In this document: piece after piece, positions 37,789-48,062 of the stretch | Numbering within the stretch: position 1 is the stretch's first letter | How the letters are laid out: every line of letters begins with the position of its first letter | From: Candidatus Obscuribacterales bacterium | Lineage (GTDB): Bacteria; Cyanobacteriota; Vampirovibrionia; Obscuribacterales; Obscuribacteraceae | Reading direction: 5' to 3' | NCBI GenBank assembly: GCA_965228855.1 | Contig: CBDDIJ010000003.1 | Span: 1,920,001 to 1,984,000 of the forward strand | DNA: 64,000 bases | Made by a program: the position numbers and the translations under genes | Notes under the pieces: generated by a model | The model's input: only the letters and a program-made list of their open reading frames with translations | The model's database searches: none | Told to the model about the DNA's origin: nothing

Positions 37789-39162
37789 GTGCTCTTGAGA
37801 AACTCGAACCGAATCATCAACGGCTTCAAACCCAATGCTCGCACATTGGCGCATCTTCTCGCCGCCACCATCGCGCTCAATCCGATGATCGCGCTTGCGC
37901 AAGACATGGCACCTTCCAGCGGTCCCATCGACATCGTCGCCGATGAGCAGGAGTTCGGCGAAGACCGAGTGATAGCCAGAGGTAAAGTCAAAGTAGTCCA
38001 TGGTGATACCATCATCCGCGCACCAATTGCGACACTATTCAGAGACGAAGCCGGCCAACCTAAACTCGCAATCTTCACAGGCAGCCCCACTCTCGTGCAG
38101 GGCACCAACTCAATTCGAGCAAACAAACTAACTTTTGATATTAAGGCAGCAAAAATTCTGGCAGAGGGCAATGCCCACTCCGAAGTGCTTTCAAACAGCA
38201 TGGATGCTGACCAGAAGCCCGCTCCGGCTGGAGCTAAAGCAGGAGCACCGGCGAAGAAACAGCCGCCGAAGAAAATGACTCCGGACGATGAGATGGAGCC
38301 TGATCCGCCACCGGATGACGAGAAAGCCGACAATGGCGATCCGAAGGACCCGAGTCCAAACGCACCCAAAGCTGCGCAGACCGAAGCAAAACCACAAAAA
38401 ATCATCACCGACTCGGACAAACAAGAGTTCGACCGCACGTCCGGCAGGTTCGAGGCGCACGGCAACGTGCGCGTAATCACGCAGGGCATTAACGTCCGCT
38501 CCAATCACTTGCGTCTGGTATACGGTACAGATCAGAAAGCGGAGGCGGTCGTCTTCACCGGCGATGTCACCGCGAAACGAGACGCCAACGTCACTCAGGC
38601 GGACGTGATGACGTACTTCCTGACGACGCAGCGATTGCAAGCAACAGGACATGTTAAATCAAGAGTGGTTCAGGAGAAAGCAGCCGGACCAAAAAAGGGG
38701 GGCCTCCAGGTAAACAATAGCTCCCAAAGCGGCTCTAATTCCGGCATGATGAGCCTTTCCAAGAACGACGCGCAGGAGATCATCATCATCTCTGACGCAC
38801 AGGACTACAACAAGGATACGGGACGTGTGGACGCTGAGGGTCGAGTTCGCCTCTACTACGGAGCCACCACCGGCATCGGTCCCAAAATCTCGATCATGTC
38901 CAACGAGTTCGGTGAAACCGAAAAGGTCATCTTCACCGGTCGCTCGCAGATCACGCAACCCGGCAGACGTTGGATTGCAGACCGCATCACATACACGGTG
39001 GAAGACAACAAAGTTCTGGCAGAAGGAAACACCCGCGCCATCATCGTGAAAAACACTTCGGGAGGTGGAGCAGCAGCTCCGAAGGCAGCACCACCTGCAG
39101 TGCCGACCAAAGCAGAACCAGCATCGCGGCTGGCTGACGATGGTCACAACAAAACGCACTGA
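37789..39162 (+). CDS. lptA: LptA/OstA family protein with repeated jellyroll domains
   Basis: Repeated I.AD/SD.Q...A.G.V.V motifs; located between lptC and lptB. Confidence 0.75.
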   Translation: MLLRNSNRIINGFKPNARTLAHLLAATIALNPMIALAQDMAPSSGPIDIVADEQEFGEDRVIARGKVKVVHGDTIIRAPIATLFRDEAGQPKLAIFTGSPTLVQGTNSIRANKLTFDIKAAKILAEGNAHSEVLSNSMDADQKPAPAGAKAGAPAKKQPPKKMTPDDEMEPDPPPDDEKADNGDPKDPSPNAPKAAQTEAKPQKIITDSDKQEFDRTSGRFEAHGNVRVITQGINVRSNHLRLVYGTDQKAEAVVFTGDVTAKRDANVTQADVMTYFLTTQRLQATGHVKSRVVQEKAAGPKKGGLQVNNSSQSGSNSGMMSLSKNDAQEIIIISDAQDYNKDTGRVDAEGRVRLYYGATTGIGPKISIMSNEFGETEKVIFTGRSQITQPGRRWIADRITYTVEDNKVLAEGNTRAIIVKNTSGGGAAAPKAAPPAVPTKAEPASRLADDGHNKTH

Positions 39163-39189
39163 GGATTCGGGATTTAGAGGTTCAGTTCA

Positions 39190-39948
39190 ATGACAGCGAC
39201 GACAGCGTCAAATAGCACAGGTGAAAAAACACTTGTCATATCCAATCTGCAAAAGAGCTACGGCGGGCGCAGAGTGGTAAATGATGTGAGTTTTCACGTC
39301 AGCCGCGGCGAAGTCGTAGGGCTGCTAGGACGTAACGGTGCAGGCAAAACCACATCATTCGACATGGTGCTCGGTCTGGTCGTGCCGGAGAAGGGCAGCA
39401 TCAGACTAGGTCAGAAAGAACTTTCAAAATTGCCTATCCACATGCGAGCCAGGCTCGGAGTAGGCTACCTACCGCAAGAGAACTCGACGTTCAGAAAATT
39501 GACCGTGGGCGAAAATATCAAAATCGTTCTCGAACTGCGCGGTATCAAACGGTCGCAGCAAGCTGAAAAAATCAAATATCTTCTCAGTCAATTCGGTCTC
39601 GAACACCTTATTGACGTTACGGCGGTTCAACTCTCCGGGGGTGAGCGTCGCCGACTGGAAATCGCGCGAACTCTGGCTGGCGAGCCCGAATTCATTCTAT
39701 TGGACGAACCGTTTACCGGTATCGACCCTATCTCAATCGCCGATATCCAGGGTCTGATCAGAAGATTGAAAACCGAGTGGAATCTCGGCGTTCTTCTGAC
39801 AGACCACAACCCCCGTGCAACACTGCACATCACGGACAGAGCCTATCTTATTGATCAGGGCAAAATTCTCGTTCAAGGTTCAACGATAGAAGTCGCTGAA
39901 AGCCCCGTCGCGAGAAAACATTATTTAGGCGAGGACTTCTCTCTATGA
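39190..39948 (+). CDS. lptB: LPS export ABC transporter ATPase
   Basis: GRNGAGKTT, GYLPQE...FRKLTV, LSGGERRRLEIAR, LDEPF.GIDPI, TDHN, YLGE.F.L. Confidence 0.95.
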   Translation: MTATTASNSTGEKTLVISNLQKSYGGRRVVNDVSFHVSRGEVVGLLGRNGAGKTTSFDMVLGLVVPEKGSIRLGQKELSKLPIHMRARLGVGYLPQENSTFRKLTVGENIKIVLELRGIKRSQQAEKIKYLLSQFGLEHLIDVTAVQLSGGERRRLEIARTLAGEPEFILLDEPFTGIDPISIADIQGLIRRLKTEWNLGVLLTDHNPRATLHITDRAYLIDQGKILVQGSTIEVAESPVARKHYLGEDFSL

Positions 39949-41045
39949 TCTGGAACATGAAGCTGCTCGATCGGTATATCGCCAACGAGTTCTGGCAGCC
40001 CCTCCTATTCGGTATCGGTATCGTCACCGGCGTATGGTTCGGTGCTGACCAGCTCAAGACCATGTTCAGTTTGATCATGCGCTCCGGCGTGCCTTTGGAA
40101 CTCGCCTTCACCATTCTCGGTTTGCACCTTCCCGAAATTATCGTTTTGACGATTCCGATCGGGGTGCTGCTCGGTACATTGCTCGTATTCAACAGACTGT
40201 CCGGCGACTCTGAAATTATCGCGCTGAGAACAAACGGAGTCAGCTTCTACCGGATCATGGTGGCGCCGCTTTTGTTCGGTCTTCTGACCAGCTTTTTGAG
40301 CTTCGGGATCAACGAATGCGTCGTGCCAGTCGCAAGTAGAACCGCGAAAAAACTCGAATTCCTCGCACTCTATAAATCAGAACTGCCTCAGGGTCAGGCA
40401 AACTTTACTTATATGGAACGCGACAAAAACCTCGCGCTCAACCGAATCTTCTACGTGGGCTATTACAACGGCAAACGTCTGCACGACGTTATCGTGCTCG
40501 ACTTCAGCCGCGACCAGCTCTCGCAGATTGTGTGCGCCGCGACGGGCATCTTCAACCACGGTGAATGGACCCTGGAGAATGGGCGCTCGTATTGCATCAA
40601 CCGCCAGAGCGACATCACACAAATTCTGCAGTTCGAAACACTTAAAATTCCAAACGTGAAGAACGCCTCCAAGGTTTTGGATTCAGGGTCTATCAAACCA
40701 AAAGAAATGAACATGGCTGAGTTGGCGAGCTACATCGACACGCTCAAACAATCGAATGCCGTGTCAAATGACCTGCTCGTCCGACTCTATCAAAAGGTAA
40801 GCCAACCGCTCGCCTGTTTGATCGTGGCACTTGCCGGCGCGCCCCTGGGCTTGCTCGGTCGCCGTTCGCGAAGCAACATCGGTCTTATCTACTCGGCAGT
40901 CGTCGTATTCCTCTATTACGTACTGCAATCCAGCTCAGGCGCTATGGGTGAAGCCGGTCGTATCAGCCCGCTGGTCGCTGCCTGGTTGCCCAATATCGTA
41001 ATAGGCTTCCTCGGCATCGTGATTCTCTACTTCAAGGGCAAGTAG
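39945..41045 (+). CDS. LptF/LptG family permease
   Basis: LLDRYI, RLS.DSEI.ALR..G.S, W.L..G, AAWLPN. Confidence 0.92.
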   Translation: MIWNMKLLDRYIANEFWQPLLFGIGIVTGVWFGADQLKTMFSLIMRSGVPLELAFTILGLHLPEIIVLTIPIGVLLGTLLVFNRLSGDSEIIALRTNGVSFYRIMVAPLLFGLLTSFLSFGINECVVPVASRTAKKLEFLALYKSELPQGQANFTYMERDKNLALNRIFYVGYYNGKRLHDVIVLDFSRDQLSQIVCAATGIFNHGEWTLENGRSYCINRQSDITQILQFETLKIPNVKNASKVLDSGSIKPKEMNMAELASYIDTLKQSNAVSNDLLVRLYQKVSQPLACLIVALAGAPLGLLGRRSRSNIGLIYSAVVVFLYYVLQSSSGAMGEAGRISPLVAAWLPNIVIGFLGIVILYFKGK

Positions 41046-41183
41046 CGCGACAAATCCGACCATTTATGAGTTTCAGTTAAAGTGTAAACAATTGCGAGCC
41101 TCATTGCATGCGGCTTTCGGGTGCCGTGGGAAAAACCACATTGACCTCGACATTCGGCCTGCCTTATCTTCTGGATATATAAG

Positions 41184-42611
41184 TTGTGCCTTATCACTGC
41201 TCCGATTTCCTGTTGGCATTTCCCCTTGGCAAGCAATACTCAAATAGTCGCAAACATCCACCGGAGCAACCGCCCGGGCAAGAGAATCTGGATTGGCATT
41301 TTTGCCGCCATCGCTCTGGTGACATTGCCGGTATTGCCTCTGAAATTTCTGGGAATCCCAGGACCAGACCTGGATTGGCACTCTATTGAATCTCTTTTCA
41401 GTAAAATAGGCGTCCCCGGTCAATCAACCACGCCTCAGGCAGTTGAAACAGCCGCGCCGGCTCTGAGCTCCGACATCAAGCTCATGGATGTAACCGTGAG
41501 ATCCCTTCTGGCTCAGGTATCGAAAAATCCAGGGGATCCTGCCCTACATAATAGAATTGGCTTAGTTTATGCGGAATTGGGAGAGCCCCATTCTGCCGTC
41601 ACGCATTTCGAAGAAGCTATCAAGCTGTCCAGGCAGAAGATCAAAGGTCTGACGCTGACCAGCAATCAAGCCATGGAAAAGCATGATGTCGATAAAGCAT
41701 CCGGATGCACTCTTGAAATTTCGGCACTCAACGTTCAACTAGCAGCCGCCCATAGCAGTCTTGCACGTGTCTACGAGCAGCTCGGCAAGAGCGATAAGGT
41801 TATGGCACAACTCAACGAATTGAGCAAAGACATATCGTTGAGCCGCGTCATCAAAGCTTCTACGCTATCGACGATTGCCGCAGCACCCGATGGCAGCACC
41901 ATCCTCAGTGCCAACGGCAGGCTGGACGCAGATACAGCAGCACTTCTCGCTCGAGCGGACGCCTTGCGCCAAGCCGGTCGCGGTCTTGAGGCGATGAATG
42001 AATATAAGAAACTTTCTGAAAGAGTACCTAATCTTGCACTTGTTCATAAAGAATATGGTCTAACAGCTCTTGCTATGCGAAACACGTGGCTCGCGCAGGA
42101 AGAACTAGAAAAGGCAGTCAAGCTGAACGGGAAGGACTCGGCAGCGCACACCGCCCTTGGTACCATACAAGGACAGCTCGGGCAACGTGACAGGGCAATC
42201 TCCGAGTTTGAAAAAGCAATAGCGCTCAATCCTAAAGAAGTGAATGCCGCATTCAATCTGGGTAACATCTATGCTGACGCCGGTCAGTACGACAAGGCTA
42301 TCGGCGCATTTCAAAAGGCAGTCGCAGGTCAGCCGGGATTTGCCCTGGCGCATAATAACCTTGCCACCATGTATTCGTTCTCCGGCGACACAGCCAGCGC
42401 CGCTCGCGAATTTAGAACAGCGATTAACCTGTCGCCAAACATGGCATCGGCCCATTACGGTTTAGGAATCGCCTGTCTCAACGAGAAAAGCTATGCAGAA
42501 AGTGCAAAGTCGTTTAAACGTGCGTTGCAGCTAAATCCTGATTTAATCGATGCACAGAGTAAACTTGAAGTTGCACAAAAGCGGTTACGCGGACAACTGA
42601 AGTTTAATTGA
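41184..42611 (+). CDS. Membrane-anchored TPR protein (start uncertain)
   Basis: N-terminal TM followed by multiple TPR repeats. Confidence 0.8.
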   Translation: MCLITAPISCWHFPLASNTQIVANIHRSNRPGKRIWIGIFAAIALVTLPVLPLKFLGIPGPDLDWHSIESLFSKIGVPGQSTTPQAVETAAPALSSDIKLMDVTVRSLLAQVSKNPGDPALHNRIGLVYAELGEPHSAVTHFEEAIKLSRQKIKGLTLTSNQAMEKHDVDKASGCTLEISALNVQLAAAHSSLARVYEQLGKSDKVMAQLNELSKDISLSRVIKASTLSTIAAAPDGSTILSANGRLDADTAALLARADALRQAGRGLEAMNEYKKLSERVPNLALVHKEYGLTALAMRNTWLAQEELEKAVKLNGKDSAAHTALGTIQGQLGQRDRAISEFEKAIALNPKEVNAAFNLGNIYADAGQYDKAIGAFQKAVAGQPGFALAHNNLATMYSFSGDTASAAREFRTAINLSPNMASAHYGLGIACLNEKSYAESAKSFKRALQLNPDLIDAQSKLEVAQKRLRGQLKFN

Positions 42612-43294
42612 TCGACACCAACGAGTTTACCTGCGTTATTTTCACCGGACTGCCTGGTTCGGGAAAAACCACTTGTGGTGCGCACCTCGGCGAAGAACTC
42701 GGTCTTCCTTTCTTCGACACGGACGAGTTGATCGAGTCGAGCGAATGCAGAACAATCAAAGACATTTTTGCCACCGAGGGCGAAGCGCACTTTCGCCTAC
42801 TCGAACGCGAAGTTCTACGCCTGCTCGAACATGAAGTGGCGAAGAGATCACCTGCCTCCTCAGATTTGCCGGAGCTTTGCGATGAGCAAAAACCAGTTTC
42901 GGCCCAGCTTGCAGCTAGAATTGCCGACGAGATTGATGAGGCGAGCAAGGCAAAAGGCATGATTATTGCAGTTGGAGGGGGCGTTCCGGAATCGGAATCC
43001 AACAGAGAAGCACTTAGGCGGCTGGGCACAGTCGTCTACCTCGCGACTGAGCCTCAAGAAATCGCAGCCAGACTGACAGACGATGGACTGAGGCCGCTTT
43101 TGAGCGCAAACTCGCCGGAAGCCAAGGGCAGCGGGCACGCAAGGTCGAATATGGTTTCAAAATTAAAAGGGCTTCTTGACAGGAGAAGACAAGCGTATGA
43201 ATGCGCCGATATTAAGATAGACACCAAGGGGCTCAGCCCGCACCAGATCGTAAACGTGCTTCAAGAACGACTCAAAACGCACCTAAAGATCTAA
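42608..43294 (+). CDS. aroK: Shikimate kinase
   Basis: GLPGSGKTT, F.D.D..IE, IF...GE..FR..E, GGG, RPLL. Confidence 0.9.
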   Translation: MIDTNEFTCVIFTGLPGSGKTTCGAHLGEELGLPFFDTDELIESSECRTIKDIFATEGEAHFRLLEREVLRLLEHEVAKRSPASSDLPELCDEQKPVSAQLAARIADEIDEASKAKGMIIAVGGGVPESESNREALRRLGTVVYLATEPQEIAARLTDDGLRPLLSANSPEAKGSGHARSNMVSKLKGLLDRRRQAYECADIKIDTKGLSPHQIVNVLQERLKTHLKI

Positions 43295-43412
43295 AAGAGA
43301 GCTTCTAAGGGTATAGAATTAACTCCGGTATTTGTCGACGAACTGTCGGCAGAAGTCAGGAGATTAAACTCACCGCCCGCCTGACCGAGACATCTGAGAG
43401 GAGAAACACCCG

Positions 43413-44030
43413 GTGGTCACCCAAGACGAACTTATGTACCTTCAGTCGCAACTAGAAGGGCTTGAGTCGATTTTTATGGAACTGATGCCATTTGGTGTTG
43501 AGCTCAAGCGCCAGCAGGTGCAAGATTTTTACGATAAGCGCCTCGACGCCGCCAGCAACCCTGTTTCGTCGGTCGCGCCCACAGAATTGAGACGCCAATT
43601 CAACACCAAGGCAAACCAGGTCAGAAACCTTGTTGACAGCGCTGAATCATTGGGCGATGCGGGCAATAAGCTCAACCTGATTAGAGCAGCTTCCTCGCTG
43701 CCCGAGGAGCGCAGCCGCTCGGTCACCAACTCGGTTCTGCAATTCTGCAAAGAACTCACATTTGAAACCAAAGCAGATCCCAAGCTCCTTGACGAGATTT
43801 TGAGATCAGGCGATCTGCGACCAGTGGAGGCTCGAATGTTGCTGGCAGCAGCGATGTTCCTGATCGCCGACCGGGTCGATAATGGCGGACAGAAGCTTGC
43901 AGTACGCGACTTGCTCGCTCAGTTTATCGGCATGGTAAAAGCGGAAAGGCTGTTGGCAAGAAACGATCCGTTTCTTCTGGAAGCACAGTGTGCGCTTGAA
44001 GCTCTCGACATGGAAGAAGCCGGGAATTAG
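43413..44030 (+). CDS. Hypothetical helical protein
   Basis: 205-aa ORF with GAGGAG RBS, co-oriented between aroK and aroQ. Confidence 0.75.
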   Translation: MVTQDELMYLQSQLEGLESIFMELMPFGVELKRQQVQDFYDKRLDAASNPVSSVAPTELRRQFNTKANQVRNLVDSAESLGDAGNKLNLIRAASSLPEERSRSVTNSVLQFCKELTFETKADPKLLDEILRSGDLRPVEARMLLAAAMFLIADRVDNGGQKLAVRDLLAQFIGMVKAERLLARNDPFLLEAQCALEALDMEEAGN

Positions 44031-44032
44031 CA

Positions 44033-44479
44033 GTGAAGATCAAGGTAATTCACGGTCCCAATCTTAATTTGCTTGGAACGCGTGAGCCCGAAAAATACGG
44101 CGCGAAAACGCTCGCGCAAATCAATACTGAGCTGGAAAACCTGGCTCGGCATCTCGGTATATCTACTATCGAGTTCTTTCAATCGAATATAGAGGGCGAA
44201 ATAGTCAACGAGATTCAGAAGGCTGGTCGCGACAGATTCGATGCGATTCTGATTAATCCGGCGGCTTACGGGCATACGTCCATAGCCATTCGTGATGCCT
44301 TTCTCGGCGTGGCAATTCCATTTGTAGAGGTGCATCTGTCCAATATCTACAAACGCGAAGAATTCCGCAAAAAAACATATCTTTCTGATATAGCCGAAGG
44401 CGTCATAACAGGCTTCCAGTCTGAAAGTTACATGTTTGGATTAACGGCGTTAAAAACGCTGGTTGATAAAAGACGCTAG
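44033..44479 (+). CDS. aroQ: Type II 3-dehydroquinate dehydratase
   Basis: HGPNLNLLG.REP..YG, FQSN.EG, INPAAY.HTS.A.RDA, EVHLSN...RE.FR. Confidence 0.96.
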   Translation: MKIKVIHGPNLNLLGTREPEKYGAKTLAQINTELENLARHLGISTIEFFQSNIEGEIVNEIQKAGRDRFDAILINPAAYGHTSIAIRDAFLGVAIPFVEVHLSNIYKREEFRKKTYLSDIAEGVITGFQSESYMFGLTALKTLVDKRR

Positions 44480-44611
44480 TGGCGCTGGGCTCCGGAAGCA
44501 GCAAGATTGCAACACATTAATGAGCCAATAAGCCGTCTAACGGAGCGAATCGTAGAACCGGGCTATAATAGGGACTTGTTCGCTTGCGAACGTGGCTTGA
44601 GGATCAGTCTT

Positions 44612-45601
44612 TTGACTCAAAAGCAGAACGCAAAAACATCGCTAATCGGGTGCCTGGCTCTACTGTTGCTGTCTTCCGTGCCGCCCGCCTTCGCTCAAGA
44701 AGAGCAGGGCGAAACTAAAGCTGCACCGGCGGCGACACCAGCTGAAAAAACAAAAACAGATAGTGCCGCGAAAGGCGGAGGGCACTCGCATCCGCCTGCA
44801 GCTCGCGAGCACTACAACCGTGGAGTCGAATTGCACAGAAGCGGTTATCTGAACAAAGCAATTCTGGAATACAAAGAGGCCATCAATGCCGACGAGCATA
44901 TGGAGCCTGCATACAGTAACCTCGGTCTCGTTTACACCGCGCAAAAGAGCTGGAGCAAAGCGCTCGAAGCCTTTGACAAAGCGCTGACGATGAAGCCGGA
45001 TCGGACAACCAGTTTAAACGGTCTCGGCACCGTGCTCTACGCGATGAAGCGCAATGACGAAGCCATGGAAAAATGGAAGAAAGCGATTGAAATCGATCCC
45101 AATTTCGCATCAGCTTATTACAACATGGGCAATGCTTACGAGACCCAGGAGAAGAACAGAGACGCGCTACTGGCGTACGTCAAGGCATCGGACATCAATC
45201 CCAAAATGGCGGACGCATATTACCGCATGGGCTCACTGATGAATAAAACAAAGCACGGTCCGCAAGCGGCGGTGCTGTTGCAAAAGGCGGTGAAGCTGGC
45301 TCCCGATGCGGAGTTTGCTCGCGACGCCAAACGTCAGATTGAAACTCTGGAAAAACAATTCGAGAAAGACGGAGCGGAGTACAGCGCTTCCAGCCAACAA
45401 ACTTCAGATGATCGCACCGCCGGTGACACCAAGCCCAAAGCGGTCGCAACAGGAAATTCGACAGACAAAAACACGGACAAAAAAAAGCTTATCAAAAACC
45501 CGTTCAAGAAATCGGGCGACTCGAAAGAGGATAAGAACGTAAATATGTTTGTGCAACCGCCCTCAGGAGAAGCGGACCTTCGCTCGAAGGATACAGAGTA
45601 A
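44612..45601 (+). CDS. Secreted TPR protein
   Basis: Signal-like segment followed by about five TPRs; TTG start after GAGG. Confidence 0.8.
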   Translation: MTQKQNAKTSLIGCLALLLLSSVPPAFAQEEQGETKAAPAATPAEKTKTDSAAKGGGHSHPPAAREHYNRGVELHRSGYLNKAILEYKEAINADEHMEPAYSNLGLVYTAQKSWSKALEAFDKALTMKPDRTTSLNGLGTVLYAMKRNDEAMEKWKKAIEIDPNFASAYYNMGNAYETQEKNRDALLAYVKASDINPKMADAYYRMGSLMNKTKHGPQAAVLLQKAVKLAPDAEFARDAKRQIETLEKQFEKDGAEYSASSQQTSDDRTAGDTKPKAVATGNSTDKNTDKKKLIKNPFKKSGDSKEDKNVNMFVQPPSGEADLRSKDTE

Positions 45602-45604
45602 TCG

Positions 45605-46162
45605 ATGATTGACACTCAGGCAAAAATGAATGCAGTTGCCGAGATGCTGGAAGGCACTGTGATCGAAAACTCAGTCGGTTTGGAAGTTCAAATTAAAGGC
45701 TCAGTCTCCGGTTTTCCCGCGACTTTGCAGGCGCTTCGCGCAGGGTTTCCTTTCGGCATCACGTATATCGTAGAAGTCAACGTTATGGAAGAGGGAACAC
45801 AAGACGATCCTCTAAACATGACGATTATGCCTCGCTACGCGCGTGGTTGGTTCAGTTTCCTCACCAGACTGTTGCTGCTCGAATCGAAAGGTCAGGCGAT
45901 TGGCGACAAGAAATTTGATTCGAAATTTTTGCTCTCTTTTGCGGACCACAACATCGCCGAGCGTTTCATCAAATACCCGGGAGTCATGGACCGCATCGAC
46001 GCCTTGCAGTTGAACACAAAGTTCAGCGAGATGGGAGTGAAGTCGAAAGCCGGTCTCTACCTCACGCAGCCAACTAATTTCAATTCGGTAAACCTGGACA
46101 TCGTCAGAGTAACCTTCAAGACTCTGGGCGAACTGGGACAGGTCTTATTCGAGTCATTCTGA
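45605..46162 (+). CDS. Hypothetical protein
   Basis: 185-aa ORF in operon context. Confidence 0.65.
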   Translation: MIDTQAKMNAVAEMLEGTVIENSVGLEVQIKGSVSGFPATLQALRAGFPFGITYIVEVNVMEEGTQDDPLNMTIMPRYARGWFSFLTRLLLLESKGQAIGDKKFDSKFLLSFADHNIAERFIKYPGVMDRIDALQLNTKFSEMGVKSKAGLYLTQPTNFNSVNLDIVRVTFKTLGELGQVLFESF

Positions 46163-46228
46163 TACGATCTGTCTGTTCTGGAAGCATCGAGTCTTCAGAG
46201 ATAAACAGCTGCGCGTTATCAGAAACAG

Positions 46229-47203
46229 ATGACAGTCAACGAGAACCTCATTGTTGTCGACAAGCTCATCAAGGCGTACGAAGGACGTCCTGATTTGGCG
46301 TTGAAAGGCATATCCGTCGAAGTAAAAGAGGGCGAGTGTTTCGGTCTCCTCGGACCAAACGGCGCGGGTAAAACCACGCTGATGGGTTGCCTTCTGGGCT
46401 TGCTTAATCCTGATGGCGGCAGTATTTCAATCGGCGGGCTCGACCCCAATGATTATGCAGTAAGAGAAGTCATAGGCTTTCTCCCTGAAAGGCCAAACTT
46501 CGAAAACTGGCTTACCGCAAGAGAGTTCATCGAGTATCATCATGCACTTGCCGGCGGAGACAAATCGACCAGAAGCAAGGACGTCGAGAATATGTTGCGT
46601 CGCGTGGCTCTGCAAGAAGATGCCTGGTCGAGAAAAACCGGAAAGTTCTCACGAGGGATGTTACAGCGATTGGGATTAGCCCAGGCTTTGATCGGCAACC
46701 CCAAGATCATTTTTCTGGATGAACCCGGATCAGGCATGGACCCGCCCGGAGTCACACTCTTGCGCGAAATCCTGCTTGAACTAAAACGCAGCAATGCAAC
46801 CATTGTTTTAAACTCGCACCATCTCGACGAGATGGAGAGAATTTGCGACCGCGTAGCATTCATCAAGAATGGGGAAATTCAAGCAATCAAAATAATGTCT
46901 GACGAATCAGATTATCCCCATGTACTTCGACTGCGATTCCTACCATCGCAAGCGGAAACAGAGCTGCAGGAGAAGATCGAGCGCGTCGCGTTGTCCACAG
47001 AGTCAACGCTTCTGGAGTTCGACAAGAAAACCGCGCGGCTTGCGGTTGCCAGCGGTGAGGCTGCCAGCAAAGTCATTCAAAGTTGCATAGAGAATCAGCT
47101 GCAAATCCAATCGGCAAGTCCTGAGTCAACGTCGCTAGAGCGTCTTTTCACGCAGATTCCGTCGCCCCCAGAAACAGCGAGGCTGGACGGACATGCTGAG
47201 TAA
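46229..47203 (+). CDS. ABC transporter ATP-binding protein
   Basis: GPNGAGKTT, FSRGMLQR, LDEP.SG.DP, NSH.L.E. Confidence 0.93.
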   Translation: MTVNENLIVVDKLIKAYEGRPDLALKGISVEVKEGECFGLLGPNGAGKTTLMGCLLGLLNPDGGSISIGGLDPNDYAVREVIGFLPERPNFENWLTAREFIEYHHALAGGDKSTRSKDVENMLRRVALQEDAWSRKTGKFSRGMLQRLGLAQALIGNPKIIFLDEPGSGMDPPGVTLLREILLELKRSNATIVLNSHHLDEMERICDRVAFIKNGEIQAIKIMSDESDYPHVLRLRFLPSQAETELQEKIERVALSTESTLLEFDKKTARLAVASGEAASKVIQSCIENQLQIQSASPESTSLERLFTQIPSPPETARLDGHAE

Positions 47204-48062
47204 ACCGATTTATTTGCAGACGATCAAGAAAATTTTGAATCATAAGATGATCATGTTTGCTCTCATCATGCTTGGATTTTTCATACCATTCAGTTTGATC
47301 CTGAACCCACAAAACCCAAGCGTTTCAGCAGTAGAGAGTTGGGATGCCTTTTCAATTTCGGCGATGTCAGCGCTTTTGATAGTGACGGCCACGAACTCAA
47401 TTGGAACCGCTCTGACGCTAGGTGGTCGCAGCGACTATATGCCGTTAATCGTGACTCGCCCACTGCACAGGTTCCAATATATCATCGCAAAGTGGCTTGC
47501 ACTGTCCACTGTCATCATCGCCGTTTCTCTGCTACAGCACACCATTCTCACCGTCAGTGGTGCCTATGCCAGATGGGGGCTGACTAACGAAATGATTCTT
47601 GCTGGCTTTCCGGAGCGGGTAATTTCAGCATTAAGCGTAGCCAGCGTCTTGACCATGATCTATTCGCTTCCCAAGCAGAGCCTTGTTCTCTGCGGAATAA
47701 TCGCCTTTGAAATCGCGACCGGAATCAGCATCTTTTCAATGAGTATAGCGGTTCCTCTTCCGGAACAGACCAGCGACGTCTCCTCGATGATTGTCACCAT
47801 AATCGGTGGCGATCAGTGGGCGAAGACGACGCTGCTGCCTGCAATTTTCGGCGGGCGAGCATTCAGCTCGGTCCAGCAATACGCGACCGTTTTGGTGAAC
47901 GTAGCTAATTTCTTGGCACCGCAAATTCATCTTTACGATATGTTCACGGCTAAGCCCTTTCTCTGGACTCCATTTCTGGAAGTGGCGAGCAACATGCTGC
48001 TTTCCCTCACGATCGCCTCAGCGATTTTAAACGCAAGGGAGTACCACTATGATTCTGACTAA
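47193..48062 (+). CDS. ABC-2 type permease
   Basis: Multiple TM segments; L.V.RP..R......KW motif; overlaps the ATPase gene. Confidence 0.8.
   Translation: MLSKPIYLQTIKKILNHKMIMFALIMLGFFIPFSLILNPQNPSVSAVESWDAFSISAMSALLIVTATNSIGTALTLGGRSDYMPLIVTRPLHRFQYIIAKWLALSTVIIAVSLLQHTILTVSGAYARWGLTNEMILAGFPERVISALSVASVLTMIYSLPKQSLVLCGIIAFEIATGISIFSMSIAVPLPEQTSDVSSMIVTIIGGDQWAKTTLLPAIFGGRAFSSVQQYATVLVNVANFLAPQIHLYDMFTAKPFLWTPFLEVASNMLLSLTIASAILNAREYHYDSD

Noticed and set aside
43329..43385. Two hairpins upstream of the 205-aa gene as a riboswitch
   Set aside because: They do not match the guanidine-II, fluoride or c-di-GMP consensus; the evidence is too weak.
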